Source: Porticoccaceae bacterium
GTDB taxonomy: Bacteria; Pseudomonadota; Gammaproteobacteria; Pseudomonadales; Porticoccaceae
Length of the DNA: 64,000 nt
Reading direction: 5' to 3'
Assembly: GCA_045560535.1 (NCBI GenBank)
Contig: JBJKZF010000002.1
Span: 10,945-74,944 of the forward strand
The notes below the pieces were generated by a model. The model made no database searches. It had not been told where the DNA came from and saw only the letters and a list, made by a program, of their open reading frames with translations. The translations under genes were made by a program, and so were the position numbers. Positions 40,327-50,757 of this stretch are shown in pieces (position 1 is the stretch's first letter; each line of letters begins with the position of its first letter).

Positions 40327-40977
40327 TTAAACTACCCAATTTGTGAAATTCCGGAGAAGTTGTAAGCCATCCTTGGCACTCTTTTCGGGATGGAACTGAA
40401 CAGCAAATAAATTTTCATAGCTCATTGCCGCAGCGAATTTAACGCCATAATCACAATAGGCTGCTGTATGCGTATTTCCCTGAGCCTCCGCATAATAACT
40501 ATGAACAAAATAGAAACGGCTATATTGCTCGATTCCATTCCACAGCGGATGATCAGCACATTGCTCGACTGCATTCCAACCCATATGAGGCACCTTAATT
40601 TTATCTCCTAAGGGACCAGTATTATGGTGGTCAAATTGCCGAACTTTACCTGGAACTATTTTTAAACAATCGACCCCGCCACTCTCCTCGCTATGCTCTA
40701 GTAAAGCCTGCATACCAATACAAATAGCCAGCAAGGGCTTGTGATGAATACAATTTTTTAAAATATTTCCAATATCAAGCCTCAGGATTTCACTCATGCA
40801 GTCACCAATTGCGCCAACGCCCGGGAATACAACGCGATCAGCACTATTGATGACAGTTGGGTCAACAGTTATTGAGATTTTGATATTCTCGCCCACATGC
40901 TGCAGCGCCTTCGATACTGAGTGGAGATTACCCATTCCGTAATCAATGATAGCAATGTGATTAAGAGGATTACTCAT
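40327..40977 (-). CDS. hisH: Imidazole glycerol phosphate synthase, glutamine amidotransferase subunit
   Basis: IIDYGMGNLHSV, the CIGMQ nucleophile Cys and FHPEKS. Confidence 0.9.
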   Translation of the reverse strand: MSNPLNHIAIIDYGMGNLHSVSKALQHVGENIKISITVDPTVINSADRVVFPGVGAIGDCMSEILRLDIGNILKNCIHHKPLLAICIGMQALLEHSEESGGVDCLKIVPGKVRQFDHHNTGPLGDKIKVPHMGWNAVEQCADHPLWNGIEQYSRFYFVHSYYAEAQGNTHTAAYCDYGVKFAAAMSYENLFAVQFHPEKSAKDGLQLLRNFTNWVV

Positions 40978-41019
40978 ATATTTTCATGCTTGATCGTCAC
41001 CAAGCTATAAGGGGGCACG

Positions 41020-41625
41020 TTATAGGTGGCCCTTTGTTGAAGGCAGAATGCCGGTCATGCGATCATCTGAACTTGCAGCCATCCGAAGCGCACGCCCAAA
41101 TGCTTTGAAAATGGTCTCAACTTGATGGTGGGCATTAGCTCCTCGGATATTATCTATGTGCAATGTAACAAAGGCGTGATTAACAAATCCTTGGAAAAAC
41201 TCTTGACTCAAATCGACATCAAAATCACCCACCTGACCTCTAGTGAAATCAGCATGCATAAACAGACCTGGCCGGCCAGAAAAGTCCAGAACAACACGAG
41301 ATAAGGACTCATCCAGCGGCACATATGCATGACCATAACGGGTCAATCCCTTTTTATCACCAATTGCTTTTGCAACCGCCATACCTAAAGTTATACCGAG
41401 GTCTTCAACAGTATGATGATCATCGATATGAGTATCACCAGAAGCTTTAATGTCTAGGTCAATCAAACCATGACGAGCAACTTGATCAAGCATGTGGTTT
41501 AAAAATGGTACTGGAGTATCTAAATTTGACTTGCCTGTCCCATCCAAATTTACCGTAATGGTAATCTGGGATTCGATTGTGTTTCGAGTAACTGTAGCTT
41601 TTCTCTCGGCCATGAGATTCTCCAA
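41020..41625 (-). CDS. hisB: Imidazoleglycerol-phosphate dehydratase
   Basis: [15 protein letters not shown] and the HH..E motifs. The true start may be the second Met (MAERKA..). Confidence 0.9.
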   Translation of the reverse strand: MENLMAERKATVTRNTIESQITITVNLDGTGKSNLDTPVPFLNHMLDQVARHGLIDLDIKASGDTHIDDHHTVEDLGITLGMAVAKAIGDKKGLTRYGHAYVPLDESLSRVVLDFSGRPGLFMHADFTRGQVGDFDVDLSQEFFQGFVNHAFVTLHIDNIRGANAHHQVETIFKAFGRALRMAASSDDRMTGILPSTKGHL

Positions 41626-41789
41626 CTTCTTTCACTGCATTATACCTTAAAAGTAATGCTAGATTTATACCGGATTTCGCTAATTTATTTTTAATTAGTT
41701 GCGGTCGTAAAGGACAGAATTAGATGAGTGAGGTAACATACTGAGGTATTTTACATATCGTAATTACTAACCGAATTTAAGGGCTATTC

Positions 41790-43598
41790 GTGTCGACAAT
41801 AACTAAATGGATCCTTCGGGCAGTCGGTTTTCTCGCTTCTTGTATCTTAATAGTCATATTAGGTTTTGCTTTACTAGTTGATCCTAATAATTACGCATCT
41901 GATTTAGAATTAGCGGCTCAACAAAATGGATTAGCCCTAAAAATTGAGGGAGATATAAATTGGTCCTTCTTCCCTAGACCGGGTTTGTCGTTCCAAAATA
42001 TTAACTTTGACTATGCTCAGTTTGATCAAGGATTTGTTGAAACTTTGGTTGTCTCTTTTAACTGGATAGCCCTACCTAACTTATTATTAGAGCCACAAAA
42101 CCTGCCATTAACGTCACTTAATATTCAAAACGGCCGTGTTCGTCATATGGATCCTGGTTTGCCACCAATTGTTTTGGATAACCTTAATGCATCTATTAGA
42201 AATTTCTCTTTGGATGGCAAATTTTTTGATTTAGATATCAAGTCCGCAAACTTGGCTGGATTGCCCCTTGGTGTCAAAGCAAATATTTCGGTAGACATAG
42301 TCCAACAGGAAATGAATAGCTTTGCTGCTAAAAATATCATACTTCGGGCTGATAGAGTCACCATCGAAGGAGAGTTTGAAGTCGACCCTACAAAAACTGA
42401 AATAATGGGCAACTTAAAAACTCAAAAATTTAGCTTAAAAAATCAAATCCAATCCATCCAACAACGATTTCCCTTTTTAACCTTCCCATCACTGAAAAAT
42501 GATAAGGCCCTGACCGAAGTTTCAATTAGCACTGATTTTAGTATCAATCCTTTGGGATATTCTCGATACACTCATGAATTACTAATTGATGGCCAAGTTT
42601 TTGATATTCAGGTTGAAGCTGACCAAACAACTGGGAAAATGAGCACATCAATTGACTCGGATCGCTTCAGACTCAATGATTACTTACCAAATGGAAGCGC
42701 TCAAACAAACGCTTCCATTCTCACGCCCTTGGCTTTGCCCTTTATTTTTTGGCAAGGGCAGAGCGAAATTAACATTTCAGTTAATGAAATTGTTATGCAA
42801 GGGTATCGAGTTTCTAATTTCTATACTCAAGTCTTCGGTGCAGGAGATGTTCTCCAAATAACTACTCTTAATGCAGATATTTTTGATGGCCAGCTGAATG
42901 CTTCTGCTATCGTCGATCTCAGCGGAGAATCTCCACAAATCAGTCTAAAACCGACGATCGATAATTTGGATTTAGGAAAAGCATTAGCTATTTTAGAAGA
43001 AACCAATGACCTCAAAGGTCAACTGACTTTGGAAGCTGACGTGACAGCTTCTGGGCAAAACATGGACGATTTCCAACAGTCTATTTCTGGAAACGGGAAG
43101 CTTGTTATTTCAGATCCAATATATGAGCCTCTTAATATCGAAGAAATGGTATGCAATGCAGCAGCGTTATTTGATGGGACGGCATCCCAAGCCAATGCAT
43201 ACCCTCCAGAAACCGAATTAGATACCATAATCAGCTCATTTAGTTTTAATAGTGGCAACTTAAATATTGATCGCACTGATACTGCTGTTGGAAATATTAA
43301 AATGAATGTTCAAGGCAAGATAAATATGCTGCAGCAAAGCTATGGTATAAATGTGAACATGCTCGTCAATAGTTCCAAGACGAGTCCTAATGGCTGTAAA
43401 GTCAACCGACGATTCCAAAATCAAATACTTCCCTTTGAGTGCATCGGTAACCTTAACTCAAACAAACCCATGCCATCATCGTGCGTGCCTGACAAAAATA
43501 AGATAAAGCAGATAATGAGAAATTCTGTAATCCAGGGAATAGGCAACAAAATTTTAGGCGATGGCAACATTCTTAAAAATATCTTTGGTGGCCAATAA
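41790..43598 (+). CDS. AsmA family outer-membrane biogenesis protein
   Basis: N-terminal TM anchor, a long beta-rich periplasmic region, 602 aa, GTG start. Located upstream of mutY as in many gammaproteobacteria. Confidence 0.6.
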   Translation: MSTITKWILRAVGFLASCILIVILGFALLVDPNNYASDLELAAQQNGLALKIEGDINWSFFPRPGLSFQNINFDYAQFDQGFVETLVVSFNWIALPNLLLEPQNLPLTSLNIQNGRVRHMDPGLPPIVLDNLNASIRNFSLDGKFFDLDIKSANLAGLPLGVKANISVDIVQQEMNSFAAKNIILRADRVTIEGEFEVDPTKTEIMGNLKTQKFSLKNQIQSIQQRFPFLTFPSLKNDKALTEVSISTDFSINPLGYSRYTHELLIDGQVFDIQVEADQTTGKMSTSIDSDRFRLNDYLPNGSAQTNASILTPLALPFIFWQGQSEINISVNEIVMQGYRVSNFYTQVFGAGDVLQITTLNADIFDGQLNASAIVDLSGESPQISLKPTIDNLDLGKALAILEETNDLKGQLTLEADVTASGQNMDDFQQSISGNGKLVISDPIYEPLNIEEMVCNAAALFDGTASQANAYPPETELDTIISSFSFNSGNLNIDRTDTAVGNIKMNVQGKINMLQQSYGINVNMLVNSSKTSPNGCKVNRRFQNQILPFECIGNLNSNKPMPSSCVPDKNKIKQIMRNSVIQGIGNKILGDGNILKNIFGGQ

Positions 43599-43606
43599 TA
43601 AAAGTT

Positions 43607-44692
43607 ATGACACCTATTCTTTTTCAACAATCCGTTCTAGCATGGTTCGATGATCATGGTCGAAGAGATCTTCCTTGGCAGAAAAATCTCTCTGCCTACC
43701 GAGTCTGGGTATCAGAAATCATGCTTCAGCAAACTCAGGTAAGTACTGTAATTCCGTATTATCAGCAATTCACCCAGCGCTTTCCTACAATCTTCGATTT
43801 AGCAAAAGCTCCAATTGATGAGGTACTGCACTACTGGACTGGCTTAGGTTACTACGCGAGGGCGCGAAACCTCCACAAGACCGCACAATATTTGGTTTCT
43901 GATTTAGAGGGTGAATTTCCTTCATGTGTATCAGATTTAATTGAGCTGCCCGGCGTTGGACGTTCTACCGCTGGGGCAATCAGTGCAATTGCGTTCAAGC
44001 AAAAAGCTGCGATTCTCGATGGAAATGTCAAACGAGTCTTGTCTCGCTTCTCTGCAATTGGTGGATGGCCTGGAAAAACTACAGTCCTTAAAAAGTTATG
44101 GAGTGTCGCGGAGGCGTATACGCCAAGTGAGCGTGTTGCTGACTACACGCAGGCGATGATGGATCTGGGTGCAACTATTTGCACTCGTAGTGCTCCCAAG
44201 TGTTTAGTATGCCCAATAATGAGTGACTGCGAGGCATACAAACAGGATAAGGTAAGTGACTACCCTGGAAGGAAACCTAAAAAGAATATTCCAATCAAAA
44301 CTACATGCTTTTTAGTTATCCATAATAGTGATGGCGACATCCTATTGGAGAGAAATCCGCCCTCGGGTGTCTGGGGTGGCTTGTGGGTATTCCCCCAATG
44401 TGAAAGCCTTAAAGAGATAGATGATGCTTGCCAAGAAATAGGGCTTAAAGTTAAAAAAATAGTTCCTCAACCTGCTAGCAGACACACCTTCAGCCATTTC
44501 CATCTAGATTATCTGCCAGTAAGGATAATCTTAGATTATGGTAACCAGCAAGCAATAAAGTCTGGCAATCAAATCTGGTATAACGCTCAAGACTCGATAT
44601 CATTGGGAATGCCAGCGCCCATTAAAGCTATAATTGAAGGCGGGCTGAAGCCATGCAATAACCAATTTTTAGAGGATACTTTGAATGTCTAG
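43607..44692 (+). CDS. mutY: A/G-specific adenine DNA glycosylase
   Basis: HhH-GPD ([10 protein letters not shown]), the [4Fe-4S] loop C-x6-C-x2-C-x5-C, and a C-terminal NUDIX-like domain. Confidence 0.9.
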   Translation: MTPILFQQSVLAWFDDHGRRDLPWQKNLSAYRVWVSEIMLQQTQVSTVIPYYQQFTQRFPTIFDLAKAPIDEVLHYWTGLGYYARARNLHKTAQYLVSDLEGEFPSCVSDLIELPGVGRSTAGAISAIAFKQKAAILDGNVKRVLSRFSAIGGWPGKTTVLKKLWSVAEAYTPSERVADYTQAMMDLGATICTRSAPKCLVCPIMSDCEAYKQDKVSDYPGRKPKKNIPIKTTCFLVIHNSDGDILLERNPPSGVWGGLWVFPQCESLKEIDDACQEIGLKVKKIVPQPASRHTFSHFHLDYLPVRIILDYGNQQAIKSGNQIWYNAQDSISLGMPAPIKAIIEGGLKPCNNQFLEDTLNV

Positions 44693-44957
44693 GTTAATAA
44701 TGTGTCGAAAACTTAAGGAAGAATTACCAGGTTTGGACATGCCGCCTTTTCCCGGCCCAAAGGGTGAGGAGATTTTTAATACTATCTCAAAAAATGCTTG
44801 GGCAGACTGGATGGCTCATCAAACTACCTTAATTAACGAGTTACGTTTGAATATGATGGATACATCTGCTCGAAGTTATCTTGCCGAACAACGAGAAAAA
44901 TTCTTTAACGGGGAAGAATTTGACAAGGCTGAGGGATACGTTGCACCCAAACAATAA
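44685..44957 (+). CDS. yggX: Fe(II)-trafficking / oxidative damage protection protein YggX
   Basis: 90 aa. [31 protein letters not shown] matches the YggX N-terminus. Classic mutY-yggX pair. Confidence 0.9.
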   Translation: MSRLIMCRKLKEELPGLDMPPFPGPKGEEIFNTISKNAWADWMAHQTTLINELRLNMMDTSARSYLAEQREKFFNGEEFDKAEGYVAPKQ

Positions 44958-44961
44958 TTCC

Positions 44962-44990
44962 TTGACGAGACCTAAATCAGGCGCTTTAAT
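44962..44990 (+). promoter_or_regulatory. Sigma-70-type promoter for tRNA-Phe
   Basis: TTGACG (44962-67), a 17-nt spacer and TTTAAT (44985-90), followed by a GC-rich discriminator. It ends 27 nt before the tRNA 5' end. Confidence 0.5.
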
Positions 44991-45017
44991 ACCCGACTTC
45001 TGGAAATATGAAGAATA

Positions 45018-45093
45018 GCCTAGATAGCTCAGTTGGTAGAGCAGTGGATTGAAGATCCTCGTGTCCCTGGTTCGATTCCAGGTCTGGGCACCA
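45018..45093 (+). tRNA. tRNA-Phe (anticodon GAA at 45051-45053), encoded CCA end
   Basis: Folds by hand into a 76-nt cloverleaf: acceptor GCCTAGA/TCTGGGC, D arm GCTC-AGTTGGTA-GAGC, anticodon arm GTGGA-TTGAAGA-TCCTC, T arm CCTGG-TTCGATT-CCAGG. Close to E. coli tRNA-Phe. Confidence 0.9.
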
Positions 45094-45141
45094 TATTTCA
45101 AAGAGCTGGATTCCTACTTCTTTTAAGAAGTCAGTCCTTCA

Positions 45142-46230
45142 CTAATCTTCACCCGTTTGCGCTGAATTAAGTTTAATCTCTCCCGCGTCGGCTCCAGAGC
45201 CCATCATAACACCAATCCACTTAGTCTCTTCCTGGCTCTCAAAGGCGATTTTAACCATTATGGTGAGAGGGATCGATAATAGCATTCCAACTGGCCCAAG
45301 AACCCATCCCCACAGGACTAAAGATACAAAAACTACTAAAGGTGAGAGATTTAAACCCTTCCCCATCCATTTGGGCTCAAGTACATTACCCATTACTAAA
45401 TTTATGACAACAAAACCCATCAGAGTGAGGCCTGCCTCAGTTACACCGAGCTGAACCAGAGCAAGAAGCACCGCGGGCACGGCGGCAATAAACGAGCCTA
45501 CTGTTGGAATAAAATTAAGGAAGAACGCTAGAACACCCCACAGGATTGCATAATCAACACCTAAGATGGTTAACCATAAAAAGATAAAAAGCCCTGTCAA
45601 AAAACTTATTCCTGCTTTTATGCCCAAATAACTATGCACACTGCGAGAAAAAGCACTCAACCACTCCTGCGAACTTTGCCCACCTCTAGCTCGACGAAGC
45701 TTATCTCCAAAACTGACATTTTCCGCCAAAATGAATATTACAGTGAGAATAATCATGACAGCATTTGTCATTACATTGCCAAAAGAAGCAAGTGTGCTGC
45801 CAACAGCACCCATCACAGCTCCAGGATCAAAGCTACTCTCCCATTGTGTTGCGTCGATTATAATGCCGCGCTGACTTAGCCATTGCTGAACAGAAAAGCT
45901 CATTTCAGATAGTTTTGAAGAGTATTCAGGGATGTCCTGACGAAAATTCTCCACCGAGGAGCCAACCACAGCGCCTAATATCAGACCCACCAGGAGCACA
46001 AAAGAAATTACGATGCTAATGGCAACACCATTCGGTAATCTGAAGGATTTAAGCCATGAGAGTATGGGCGAGACTATCATGGCAATAAAAACAGAAAGCA
46101 GAAATGGGACAAGCAATGGCCCAGCCATCTTAATCCCTGACACAATGATGACAAAGGATGCGCCAACAATTAAAAAGCGTGAAAATGACGAGGTTTCTTC
46201 AATCATAATGGTCTCCTTCGTAAACACCAT
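45142..46230 (-). CDS. AI-2E family transporter (PerM/UPF0118)
   Basis: 362 aa with about 8 TM segments and the characteristic FIPTVGSFIAAVP and LSPLVVFVSLVLWGWVLGPVGMLLSIPLT segments. Confidence 0.75.
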   Translation of the reverse strand: MVFTKETIMIEETSSFSRFLIVGASFVIIVSGIKMAGPLLVPFLLSVFIAMIVSPILSWLKSFRLPNGVAISIVISFVLLVGLILGAVVGSSVENFRQDIPEYSSKLSEMSFSVQQWLSQRGIIIDATQWESSFDPGAVMGAVGSTLASFGNVMTNAVMIILTVIFILAENVSFGDKLRRARGGQSSQEWLSAFSRSVHSYLGIKAGISFLTGLFIFLWLTILGVDYAILWGVLAFFLNFIPTVGSFIAAVPAVLLALVQLGVTEAGLTLMGFVVINLVMGNVLEPKWMGKGLNLSPLVVFVSLVLWGWVLGPVGMLLSIPLTIMVKIAFESQEETKWIGVMMGSGADAGEIKLNSAQTGED

Positions 46231-46389
46231 ATAGTGCTGAGATGCGGAACTCTTTCAAGAATTTCTAATTCCAAATTTATTAAATTCAGCCCAGATTACT
46301 AAGATACCATATTGCTTAGTTACTTTGATAATTAGAAAGACACATTGAACAATTGGAGTTAAAGCTGAATCAAAAGAGCCCCAAAAAAT

Positions 46390-46995
46390 TTAGAACTGGC
46401 TTGGATGACGTCCTCGAAACTGTTCGTAGTAATTCTTTATGGTTATTAAATCTGAATCATTATCACCAGAAGGATAGAATACTTCCCCTAGGGTGATTAT
46501 TTTATTAGGGAAATGTAACCCAACCATTAAAATTGGACAATCCAATGCCTTAGCTATCCTCAAGAAACCTGTCTTCCATTTTCCAACTTTTTTGCGAGTT
46601 CCCTCAGGCGTTAACCCAATAATAACTCCATTTTCTTTCTCCGCTAGTCGAGCAACATGATCAACAACCATCCTAGGATTATTTCTATCTGTCGGTATGC
46701 CACCTAACCACTCCATAAACCATGTAATACCAGGTTTAAAAATTGTATGTTTAGCCATCCAACGCATTCTAAGGTTGAGTCCAAGGATTGTTCCCATAGC
46801 GAGGACAAAGTCCCAATTAGAGGTATGAGGAGCACCAATCACGATAAGCCGCTTAAGGTTTGGTATCTTACCTTCGATTCGCCACCCCAAGATTTTTAGA
46901 ACAGTTACCCCTAACCAGCGGGAGAATTTATTTCTTTTACCTACAAACTGCTTTGGGATCTGCGCTCGAAGCGATCGAAAACTTATTTTGCTCAT
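46390..46995 (-). CDS. Lysophospholipid (1-acyl-sn-glycerol-3-phosphate) acyltransferase family protein
   Basis: HTSNWD (HX4D) and TPEGTR motifs. Length 201 aa. Confidence 0.7.
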   Translation of the reverse strand: MSKISFRSLRAQIPKQFVGKRNKFSRWLGVTVLKILGWRIEGKIPNLKRLIVIGAPHTSNWDFVLAMGTILGLNLRMRWMAKHTIFKPGITWFMEWLGGIPTDRNNPRMVVDHVARLAEKENGVIIGLTPEGTRKKVGKWKTGFLRIAKALDCPILMVGLHFPNKIITLGEVFYPSGDNDSDLITIKNYYEQFRGRHPSQF

Positions 46996-46999
46996 TGAA

Positions 47000-47029
47000 A
47001 AATTCCTAATTAGCTTCAGTTGCTAATTA
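47000..47029 (-). terminator. Weak AT-rich hairpin overlapping the prfC stop codon (possible attenuating terminator)
   Basis: taattagc-7 nt-gctaatta perfect 8-bp stem at 47007-47029, followed on the - strand by ggaattttt, just before the acyltransferase ATG. Confidence 0.3.
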
Positions 47030-48598
47030 ATGCTCTCGTGTTGAACGGAAGTTTATGTCTGGATAACGTTCTTCAGACAAAGCTAAATTTACTCTCGTAG
47101 GTGCCAAATATGTGAGGTGACCACCCCCATCTAGAGCCAAATTTTCTTGGGCTTTGTTCCGAAAATTTTCCATAACTTTTATATCATCAGATTCAACCCA
47201 GCGCGCAGTATGTACATTTACAGGCTCGTAAACCGCTTCGACACCATACTCCTCTCGCAATCGGTAAGCTACTACATCAAATTGAAGCTGGCCTACAGCG
47301 CCCACCACAATATCATTATTGCGAAAAGGGAAAAAAACCTGGGTGCTTCCCTCTTCTGATAACTGACGAATACCATTTTGAAGCTGCTTGGCCTTGAGTG
47401 GATCCTTCAATCGAATACGTTTAAATAGTTCAGGAGCAAAATGTGGAATACCACTAAACTTTAACGTTTCTCCATCTGAGAAGGTATCTCCAATCTGAAT
47501 AGAGCCATGATTATGGAGCCCAATAATATCACCTGCAATAGCCTGCTCAACAGAGATACGCTCGCCCGCCTTAAAACTAAAAGCATCAGCTACCCGCATA
47601 TCCTTCCCTGTTCTGACATGCTTCATTTTCATACCTTTTTTGTAGGTGCCAGAGCATATGCGCAAGAATGCTATCCGATCTCTGTGCTTCGGATCCATAT
47701 TCGCTTGAATTTTAAACACAAAGCCACTAAAAGAGCTTTCTTCCGCGGAGACTTCTCTCTGAATTGATTGACGAGGTTGAGGTGCAGGAGCCCATCGAAC
47801 AAAATCATCAAGCATCTCTCGAACCCCAAAATTACCCAATGCGGTTCCAAAAAAAACGGGCGCAAGTTGACCACTCAAAAATTCATCATTTGCAAAAATA
47901 TTTGCGGCGCCTTTGACCAGTTCCAGCTCATCCAGGACATCGTCAGCGTAATCTCCTAGAGCTGTTCTAGCCTCTTCAGAATTAAGTCCTTGAATTTGTA
48001 TATCATCCATGAGCGTGTGCCCCTTGCCTTGCTCATAGACATGGATAGTATCAGTATAAAAATTGTAAACTCCTCGAAAACCACGACCCATGCCAATTGG
48101 CCAATTAATTGGCGCTGCCTTAATATTTAAAACACTCTCAATTTCGTCCAATAAATCAATAGGATCTCGGATATCACGATCCATTTTATTTACAAACGCC
48201 AAAATTGGAGTGTCACGGAGCCTGCAAACCTCCATTAACTTAATAGTTCGAGCCTCAACTCCTTTTGCGCCATCTATGACCATGAGTGATGAATCTACGG
48301 CAGTAAGAGTCCGATATGTATCCTCAGAAAAATCTTCATGGCCAGGAGTATCAAGAAGATTGACTGTGCAGTCTTTATAAGGAAACTGCATTACCGAGGA
48401 GGTCACTGATATGCCTCTCTCTTTTTCCATCGCCATCCAATCGGAGGTTGCATGACGATCACTCTTGCGTCCCTTCACTGTGCCTGCCACCTGAATTAAA
48501 TTTCCTAGAAGAAGTAGCTTCTCAGTGATGGTTGTTTTGCCAGCATCTGGATGTGAAATAATCGCGAAAGTTCTTCTTTTTGACTTAGGTTGGGTCAT
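47027..48598 (-). CDS. prfC: Peptide chain release factor 3
   Basis: [13 protein letters not shown]1 motif, [12 protein letters not shown]. Length 523 aa. Confidence 0.95.
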   Translation of the reverse strand: MTQPKSKRRTFAIISHPDAGKTTITEKLLLLGNLIQVAGTVKGRKSDRHATSDWMAMEKERGISVTSSVMQFPYKDCTVNLLDTPGHEDFSEDTYRTLTAVDSSLMVIDGAKGVEARTIKLMEVCRLRDTPILAFVNKMDRDIRDPIDLLDEIESVLNIKAAPINWPIGMGRGFRGVYNFYTDTIHVYEQGKGHTLMDDIQIQGLNSEEARTALGDYADDVLDELELVKGAANIFANDEFLSGQLAPVFFGTALGNFGVREMLDDFVRWAPAPQPRQSIQREVSAEESSFSGFVFKIQANMDPKHRDRIAFLRICSGTYKKGMKMKHVRTGKDMRVADAFSFKAGERISVEQAIAGDIIGLHNHGSIQIGDTFSDGETLKFSGIPHFAPELFKRIRLKDPLKAKQLQNGIRQLSEEGSTQVFFPFRNNDIVVGAVGQLQFDVVAYRLREEYGVEAVYEPVNVHTARWVESDDIKVMENFRNKAQENLALDGGGHLTYLAPTRVNLALSEERYPDINFRSTREH

Positions 48599-48803
48599 AG
48601 CTAGGTTTCTTTATTAAAAGCGGCGCATTATAACCCTGCACTAATCATTGGTCAGCATTTAACTCTTTGCAATTTAAATCAATCCTAAGGCACTAATTCC
48701 ACGTACGTTGACCTAACAAGTGCATCTGACAGTATTAAGATTTTGGCAAAAACTTGCGCTACACTAGTAAGAGTAAAGAGATTTAATTTCGGAGCTAAAA
48801 ACA

Positions 48804-49823
48804 ATGCGCTATCAAGGCCAAACTGATTATGACCACCAAGGAGCTCCTCCGAAAAAAGGCGTCCTCCTGTGTAATCTAGGTACGCCAGATGCACCAAAAA
48901 CAGCTGAGCTTCGAAGATATTTAAAGCAGTTCCTGAGTGATCCACGAGTAGTTGAGATACCTCGATTAATTTGGTGGGTAATTTTAAATTTAGTTATTTT
49001 GCGAATCCGTCCAAGCCGGTCAGCAAAGCTTTACAAAAGTGTTTGGACCGAAAACGGTTCACCTTTACTGGTCAACAGTCAATCTCAAGTGGACGGAGTA
49101 CAAAAGGTTTTAACTCAAAAGCATGGCGAAGAAATCCCCGTGGTCTTAGGGATGCGATATGGCAACCCCTCTATAGAATCAGCTCTCAAAAAGCTATCTG
49201 ATGAAAATGTTCGTAACATTACGATCTTACCTCTCTATCCTCAGTATTCTGGTGCGACAACGGGATCCACATTCGATGCGGTGGCTGATGTTTTTAAAAA
49301 AACTCGCTGGGTTCCTCAGATGCAATTTATTGGTGGATACCATAAATCGGAGGCATTTATCGAAGCGCTTTGTCTAAGTGTTAATCAACACCTTGAAAAG
49401 CATGGAATGCCCGATAAATTAGTTATGTCCTATCATGGAACCCCCCAAAGTTACCTCAAAAAAGGTGATCCTTACCACTGCCTATGCCATCAAACAACCC
49501 GTCTAGTAGTCGAAAAGATGGATTTAGATCCGGAAAAGGTCATTACAACATTTCAATCTCGTTTTGGCAGAGAACCTTGGTTGCAGCCTTATACTGACAA
49601 AACAGTGGAGCAATTACCAAACGAAGGAATCAAACATATTGCACTAATTTGCCCAGGATTCTCCTCCGATTGTTTGGAGACTATTGAAGAAATTAATATC
49701 GAGGCGCGCGAAATATTTACTGATTCTGGCGGAGAAAAATTTCACTATATTCCTTGTCTAAATGATAGTGAGGAACATATTCAAGCTCTATCTGTGATTA
49801 TTGATAAACACTTAGCTGATTAG
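48804..49823 (+). CDS. hemH: Ferrochelatase
   Basis: LLCNLGTPDAP, LPLYPQYSGATTGS and SYHGTP motifs. Confidence 0.9.
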   Translation: MRYQGQTDYDHQGAPPKKGVLLCNLGTPDAPKTAELRRYLKQFLSDPRVVEIPRLIWWVILNLVILRIRPSRSAKLYKSVWTENGSPLLVNSQSQVDGVQKVLTQKHGEEIPVVLGMRYGNPSIESALKKLSDENVRNITILPLYPQYSGATTGSTFDAVADVFKKTRWVPQMQFIGGYHKSEAFIEALCLSVNQHLEKHGMPDKLVMSYHGTPQSYLKKGDPYHCLCHQTTRLVVEKMDLDPEKVITTFQSRFGREPWLQPYTDKTVEQLPNEGIKHIALICPGFSSDCLETIEEINIEAREIFTDSGGEKFHYIPCLNDSEEHIQALSVIIDKHLAD

Positions 49824-50627
49824 ATTATCACGCCAAGCCTTTAAAATGGTGCTACATCGCTCCTCGGTTTTTTCTGACGCTATATGATCAGCGCGGGTGA
49901 TGCCCTGATTAACAATGATGATCGGCTTATGTTGCCGGGCGGCCTCCAAGCAAATACGATATCCCGAATAAACAACCAAAGAAGACCCAAGTACCAAAAG
50001 ACCATCTGCCAACTCCATTTGATGGGATACATCAATTAGTCTTGGTTTAGGAATCGAATCTCCAAAGAACACTACATTTGGCTTCAATATACCTCCACAA
50101 TATTTACAATCTGGAATTTTCATCGTTGAAAAGTCAACGTCATCTATATCAGCATCGCCATCAGGCAAAATTTGGCCTACAATTCTGGAAAGACGAGGAT
50201 TATAGAATTCTAATAATTCTTGGATCTCAATTCTTGGGACGTATTTCAAACAAGACAGACAACCAACGTTATCAACCCTACCATGTAAATCGATCACATG
50301 ATTACTTCCCGCTCTTTGATGAAGACCATCCACATTTTGAGTAACAAGGCATGTAATTTGATTCGCTTTCTCTATATCGACTAGATAACGATGAGAGGAA
50401 TTGGGCTCCGCTTCACTCATAAATCGCCAGCCTGCCATATTTCGAAGCCAAAACCTTTGACGCGCATGGTGGTCTTTAATAAATTCTTGATGTGTAACAG
50501 GTGGCTTCCTCTGCCAATTTCCTTGCTTATCACGATAAGTAGGAACGCCGGATTCAGCGCTCACTCCAGCACCAGTGAGAACTAACCACTTAGACTTAGA
50601 GACAAGTTGAGCAATCAAATCTTCCAC
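49812..50627 (-). CDS. cobB: NAD-dependent protein deacylase (Sir2 family)
   Basis: GAGVSAESGVPTYR, QNVDGLH and the zinc ribbon CLSC...CKYCGG. The 3' end overlaps hemH by 12 nt. Confidence 0.85.
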   Translation of the reverse strand: MEDLIAQLVSKSKWLVLTGAGVSAESGVPTYRDKQGNWQRKPPVTHQEFIKDHHARQRFWLRNMAGWRFMSEAEPNSSHRYLVDIEKANQITCLVTQNVDGLHQRAGSNHVIDLHGRVDNVGCLSCLKYVPRIEIQELLEFYNPRLSRIVGQILPDGDADIDDVDFSTMKIPDCKYCGGILKPNVVFFGDSIPKPRLIDVSHQMELADGLLVLGSSLVVYSGYRICLEAARQHKPIIIVNQGITRADHIASEKTEERCSTILKAWRDNLIS

Positions 50628-50757
50628 TTAAGCACCTTAAATCACCTCCACCCTGGAGTATTACTCAATCCCCCAGAAAATCAAAAGTTTACGACATTGG
50701 CACCATAATTGAAGAAATATAAAAAACCTACCCGTATAATGACGTTTTAAAGTTTTA

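Noticed and set aside
45018-46300. tRNA-Phe as the attachment site of an integrated element
   Set aside because: No integrase, no direct repeat of the tRNA 3' end and no compositional break downstream. The next genes are ordinary housekeeping genes.
48745-48757. A sigma-54-like TGGCA..TTGC element upstream of hemH
   Set aside because: GG and GC are separated by 9 nt rather than the required 10, and hemH is not an expected RpoN target.
48685-48945. 86-aa ORF on the - strand overlapping the hemH start
   Set aside because: It spans the prfC/hemH intergenic region and runs antisense to the hemH 5' end. It has no motifs and no SD.
49812-49823. 12-nt 3' overlap of convergent hemH and cobB as a regulatory feature
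   Set aside because: Short convergent overlaps are common in compact genomes, and nothing in the sequence points to a specific mechanism.
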